A stretch of 56,617 nucleotides of DNA, counting the filler, from Dugesia japonica (lineage: Eukaryota), in the NCBI GenBank assembly GCA_001938525.1. It is 5 parts of 5 records of this genome, joined end to end, with 100 filler letters (N's around TTAATTAATTAA, not from the genome) between each part and the next. Parts side by side here need not be neighbours in the genome. Positions count along the whole stretch, not along the records: positions 48,210 to 56,617 come from MQRL01604077.1; 4 more parts are not named here. One strand, 5' to 3'. The position numbers were made by a program, and so were the translations under genes. Within the stretch, counting starts at the first letter, position 1, and the number at the start of each line of letters is the position of its first letter. This document shows positions 52,280 to 56,617 of this stretch, piece by piece. The notes beneath the pieces were generated by a model. It ran no database searches, had not been told where the DNA came from, and saw nothing but the letters and a program-made list of their open reading frames with translations.

Positions 52280-55200
52280 CAAGAGTTGGCGAACCTTTTG
52301 ACGATTGAGTGCCAAAGTTTAAAAAATAAGAATATACTCTCTTGACTCGCGTGCCAATCCATCGAGTGAGATAGAGGTATCGATTATGTTTATGTCTATA
52401 AGAGACATTGAATTTTTTATAACAAAAACAATAATTTTTTTATTATGGTATTCACAATAATTTGTTTTGAAGTTTAAATATTTTATTAGAGTACATAACA
52501 CATGTAATTATATAAATTCCATAGAAAATTTCAATCAGTCATTACATTTTTATTCGGTGTAGAATAACTTTTCATAATAAAATTATAATTTATATTAAAC
52601 AAAAATAAACGTGACAGAATTAAATTATAATAATAAAGAAAATTAAAGAATTTTCTACTATTGTTAGTGTGATTTCTGTTGTTGTACAGAAGAAGACAGA
52701 TGAATCACATCAGCTTTATATTTTGTTGTTTTTAACATTACACAAGCTGCACTTGAGGCATCGGTTAAATTACTCTTAAAATCGGACTTGGCTTTGGTTC
52801 ATAATATAAAATAATGATTTACATGAGCAAGTAAGGAAAATATCGAGAGTATTGACGCTGCTACATTTTTCAGACACTGAAAACTTTNATGCAAGGAATT
52901 CCATGTTTTTAGAACTTCATTTTCTGCATTGTTCAGCGTTAATCCAGCTAACCCATCTTTTTCCATACTTTCTAATTCATGTCTCAAATCGATAGAATTT
53001 TGCCTCCAAATACAGCTACTCTGTAAGTCAATCAACTGCATTTCAAAATCATAAAAATTAATTATTTGGAACATATACAACTTCAGTTTGTTTATTTTTA
53101 CATTGTCTGAATATTTTATGAATTTTCATGTTTCTTCGAATGACCTGAACCAAGTAAATCTTAAAAATAATTGTACTAGGGTCGAATCAAAAACTGATAA
53201 AATTATTATCTGTAATTTGTTAAAATCTAGTATTTGATCTCCAAGATTAGGTAGGTATTTATGGAGAGTCGGAAAATATTTGTTGATATCATATTTAAAT
53301 ACTGATAATTTTTTTTTAAAAGCTATTATGAGATCAAATATAACATCAACCGTTTTTCCCAACCCTTGTAATTTTATATTTAAATTATTTATGTGCTGGG
53401 GAAAATATGTTGAAAACATTAATCTGCAAAACCACAAGACGTCATACAATTCTTGAAATGACAGTTTCTCATCCGTCAAGAACATACAAATTTCCTCAAA
53501 ACATTCAACAAATTTTGAAGAACGCAACCTTTGCTAAGCCAGTGTATATGAGTCATCCTTTGTATACTGAATTTACATCAATCAGCAAATTTTGGAATTG
53601 TCTTTTTTTAACGGACNCCCTGAAATAAAATTAATCACTTTGGATAAAGTTTTCATAACTTCGAGTTCTTTAAGTATGGATTTTGCGCACAAAGTTTCTT
53701 GGTGTTTAATCCAATGAAACTCCAGAACTGGTTGCTCAGCATGTTTTGTAAACAAAGATACAAAACCTGCTTTCTTACCAACCATACTTGGTGTAACACA
53801 ATGGCATAACTAGATTTTTTAGGCACATAAGAAAATTCAAACTACGGGGTCCCTACCTAAATTATTTTTATTTCAATTGTTTGTAAAAGGTAAATTANNN
53901 NNNNNNNNNNNNNNNNNNNNNNNNNNNNATATATTAAATAGATAGATATATTATAATTTAATTTTAAGTAAATAAATGTATTTAAGATTTGAATATTTAA
54001 TAAAGATTTTTTAAACCAAAAAAACAAAAAAAAGTTAATTAAATATATAATTCTTTTATATATAAATAACAAATAAATAAATTTTTAAAAAGGCCCCCTA
54101 AAGCAGGGAACTCAAAAGCGTTGATTCCAGTTACTTCCCTATAGCTACGCCATTGATGAACCATCTGTAGTCACAGATACCAGATTTTAAAAATCAAAAA
54201 TGTTAACATTTAACTCATTTACATTTGGAGTCTGTAGTTCTTTCAGGTAAAGTTACCAAATTAATAAATTCCTCACGTATCTAATAATAATGGCTATTCT
54301 AGCTGAAAATGTCCTATTCTCATCAGCACAAATTGAAAAGTACTTACATGGTGCAAGATCTTTTGTTTGCTGTTATGATACATTCGTTTCAATTTTTAAT
54401 ATCTTATCTTTAACTGTATTCCTGTTCAGTGGCAAATCCTTAACCCTTTGAATATTTTTTTATCTTTCTAGCAAACAGTCAAACAGAAAAAGAGCGCATT
54501 CTTTTAATCCTTCTTTAATATAATCTCTATCACTGAATGATTTCCCATGTTCAACAATAATCTTTGATATTTTAAAAGAAGATAAAACTAGGTTGCGATA
54601 TCCGTATAGAAGTTTAGTTAAAACATCTAACTGGATTTTTTTATCAAGTACACTAGAAATATATTCTTTTTGTTTATTATTAGTTTTATCACGGAGCCAT
54701 TTATGAACGGTTTCATAATGCCGCTTCACAGATAAAGTTCTACAAGACACTGTTTCAAAACATACACCACAAGGTGCCTTATCACCGCTTTTATCGTGCC
54801 AAATTTTGTAGTCCACCATTGTTGAAAAGGTCTAATGTTATTTCCTTAATTTAAACGTTGTTTCTTTACTGGTTGATTGAACATTGATATTCTAATTTGG
54901 GAAATAAATAAAAAATGTTGAAAAAATATGAAATATGACTGTTCTTAAACATTAGGTACTACTTAAGAAAATAATTTTGTAAAGATTATTCATCATTATA
55001 TTTAAAGCAGAAATTATACATTAATTCATTTTTAAAATAATTTCACATTAGAACTATCAGTATTATATTAAAAAGAAGTTAATATCATTAACCAACTAAT
55101 TTATAATTAAGTACTAAGAACTAATTCAAATAAAATTAATATCAACTCAAAATAATTATTAAGTAATTGTAGTATTTTATAAAGTTAATACGGTTTGCTT

Positions 55201-55394
55201 AATTAGAAAATTCATAAGAAACACATCTCTTTCTGAAATTTTTTAATAGTTATTTTATTTTCAGTGTCAGGAAATAATCAAAATGAACTTGCAAATAAAA
55301 GTGAAAAGAGTTACTTGGACCCTGTAATCTAAACTCATCGTGAAATTGCCTTTAGCGCCCTCCAGCTTGGCGTGCTGTAGGTTTGTCATCCAAG
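52280..55394 (-). mobile_element. hAT transposon of SPIN/GTF2IRD2-like type, decayed
   Basis: TIR-like ends ..TGGCGAACCT / AGGTTTGTCATC; C..C..KRHYET.H; TDGxxSMVGKKAG; HWIKHQETLCAK; LNIKLQG; C-terminal dimerisation region. Confidence 0.85.
53799..54155. mobile_element. hAT-type MITE nested in the SPIN-like transposase
   Basis: TIRs CAATGGCATAACTA / TAGCTACGCCATTG; flanks GTGTAACA and ATGAACCA fit a decayed 8-bp TSD. Confidence 0.75.
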
Positions 55395-55879
55395 TACTAA
55401 CCCATGCGAGCATAAATCATTATCCAGAGAGGGAGCATTGCACATATAACATGATTCAAAAATTATTTGAGCACACAAGCAGAAACCGTTGCATAACTAA
55501 TTCTAATTTATGTCTTATCATGTTCATCATCATTTAACAATCTGTCATTTTCTTTGTACCACCAATTTACATCTTTTGTATATTCATATTTTCTTGACCT
55601 TTTCACGACTTGGTCTCTCCATTTAATACCATTTTATTGCCATCCTATTATGCATACTTTTATCATTCGACGTTGATATCACTCTGTAGTCTTACAGAAG
55701 GTCGTGAATATTAATTTATTAAAATTATATAAGATAGCAATAATAAAATAAAAGTAAATTTTACTTCTTAAAACTGTTGATCTACTTTTTACGCAAATAT
55801 TTGCTTCCAATATAAAATAAAATAAAATGATTACGATTTCAGAATTTGAAGAGTTTGTATACTTCATTTTCACTCATCA

Positions 55880-56617
55880 TTTCCAATCTCATAATTTTAA
55901 TTCTGTTGTTTTCTCGGGTACCCTCTGCAATTGTTCATATTCATTGTCAACAACAAACATTTTGGGTAAAAATATTTTATATTATTGTAATAACCATTTA
56001 GAGAATTATTTTTATCCTCTTCCACTACTTGGAAAATTGCTGACTTAATCTGATGGAATTTGGAACTTGAGTCCAAATCCAAATTGTTGGTTAGAATTTT
56101 TCTAAGTTTTGATTTGAAGTGGGAAAAATAATTTTCTATTGGATTTAGGAAAGGGCTGTATGGTGGTAGGTAAAGGACCATGTGATTTTCTGATGTTGTT
56201 AGGGCATTTTAGTGAATGAAGTAATATTTACTTGCATGTAATTTTAACGAAAAATCATGGATAGACTTCATGTACAGCACTTGGCTGATGGACCCCTGAT
56301 GAATCAAATGATGAATTCCAATTGCCGTTATGCTGGAAATATTCTGGCCACACCGAGATGGTACTTGAATATAGGCATTGACGCCACTGAAACTTCTTCC
56401 TCTTAATCGTTTGGTCCACACATTGCAATAAGTCTCATCTATATATCTTCTATATATCATCTATATGTCTTCTAAAAATTTTTCAACATAATCTTTTCTT
56501 AGATTGTTGACTCGATCTGAATTTTTATCAGCGACGGAATATAACAACTTCTTGATTGTATAAAATTTGTTCCACAAAATGGTCGATATTGTTGATGTAT
56601 CCAGACCTTTTTCTCTG
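55880..56617 (-). mobile_element. IS630/Tc1-family (DDE_3) transposase fragment
   Basis: YIDET..RGRS..GQNIS; VLYLPPYSPFLNPIENYFS. Confidence 0.85.

Noticed and set aside
55265-55323. Possible host exon (VSGNNQNELANKSEKSYLDP)
   Set aside because: Lies inside the subterminal region of the hAT element; no independent support.

Overview
Very AT-rich eukaryotic (metazoan) DNA with ~50-nt introns; a planarian-like flatworm is my inference, not proven. The window is five scaffold pieces joined by artificial 100-bp N spacers containing TTAATTAATTAA. It is mostly decayed mobile DNA: two Ty3/Gypsy LTR retrotransposons, an RLE-type (NeSL/Utopia-like) non-LTR fragment, two Penelope-like fragments, remnants of two different Polinton/Maverick (adintovirus-like) elements (one with DJR capsid, PLA2X, integrase and packaging ATPase), several Tc1/mariner and hAT elements with MITEs, and a Helitron 3' end. 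Host exons are few: a CCDC112-like gene, an SH2-domain gene and a coiled-coil gene. The most novel signal is a ~110-170-nt motif in four highly divergent copies (6228-6400-, 12278-12357-, 41490-41611+, 51460-51583+). It has fixed core words, a constant 9-nt spacer and compensatory base-pairing, so it is a candidate new structured RNA. One copy adjoins a cassette of short GC-rich genes of unknown family, at least one of them spliced (about 4460-6166), possibly within a giant LTR or virus-like element.
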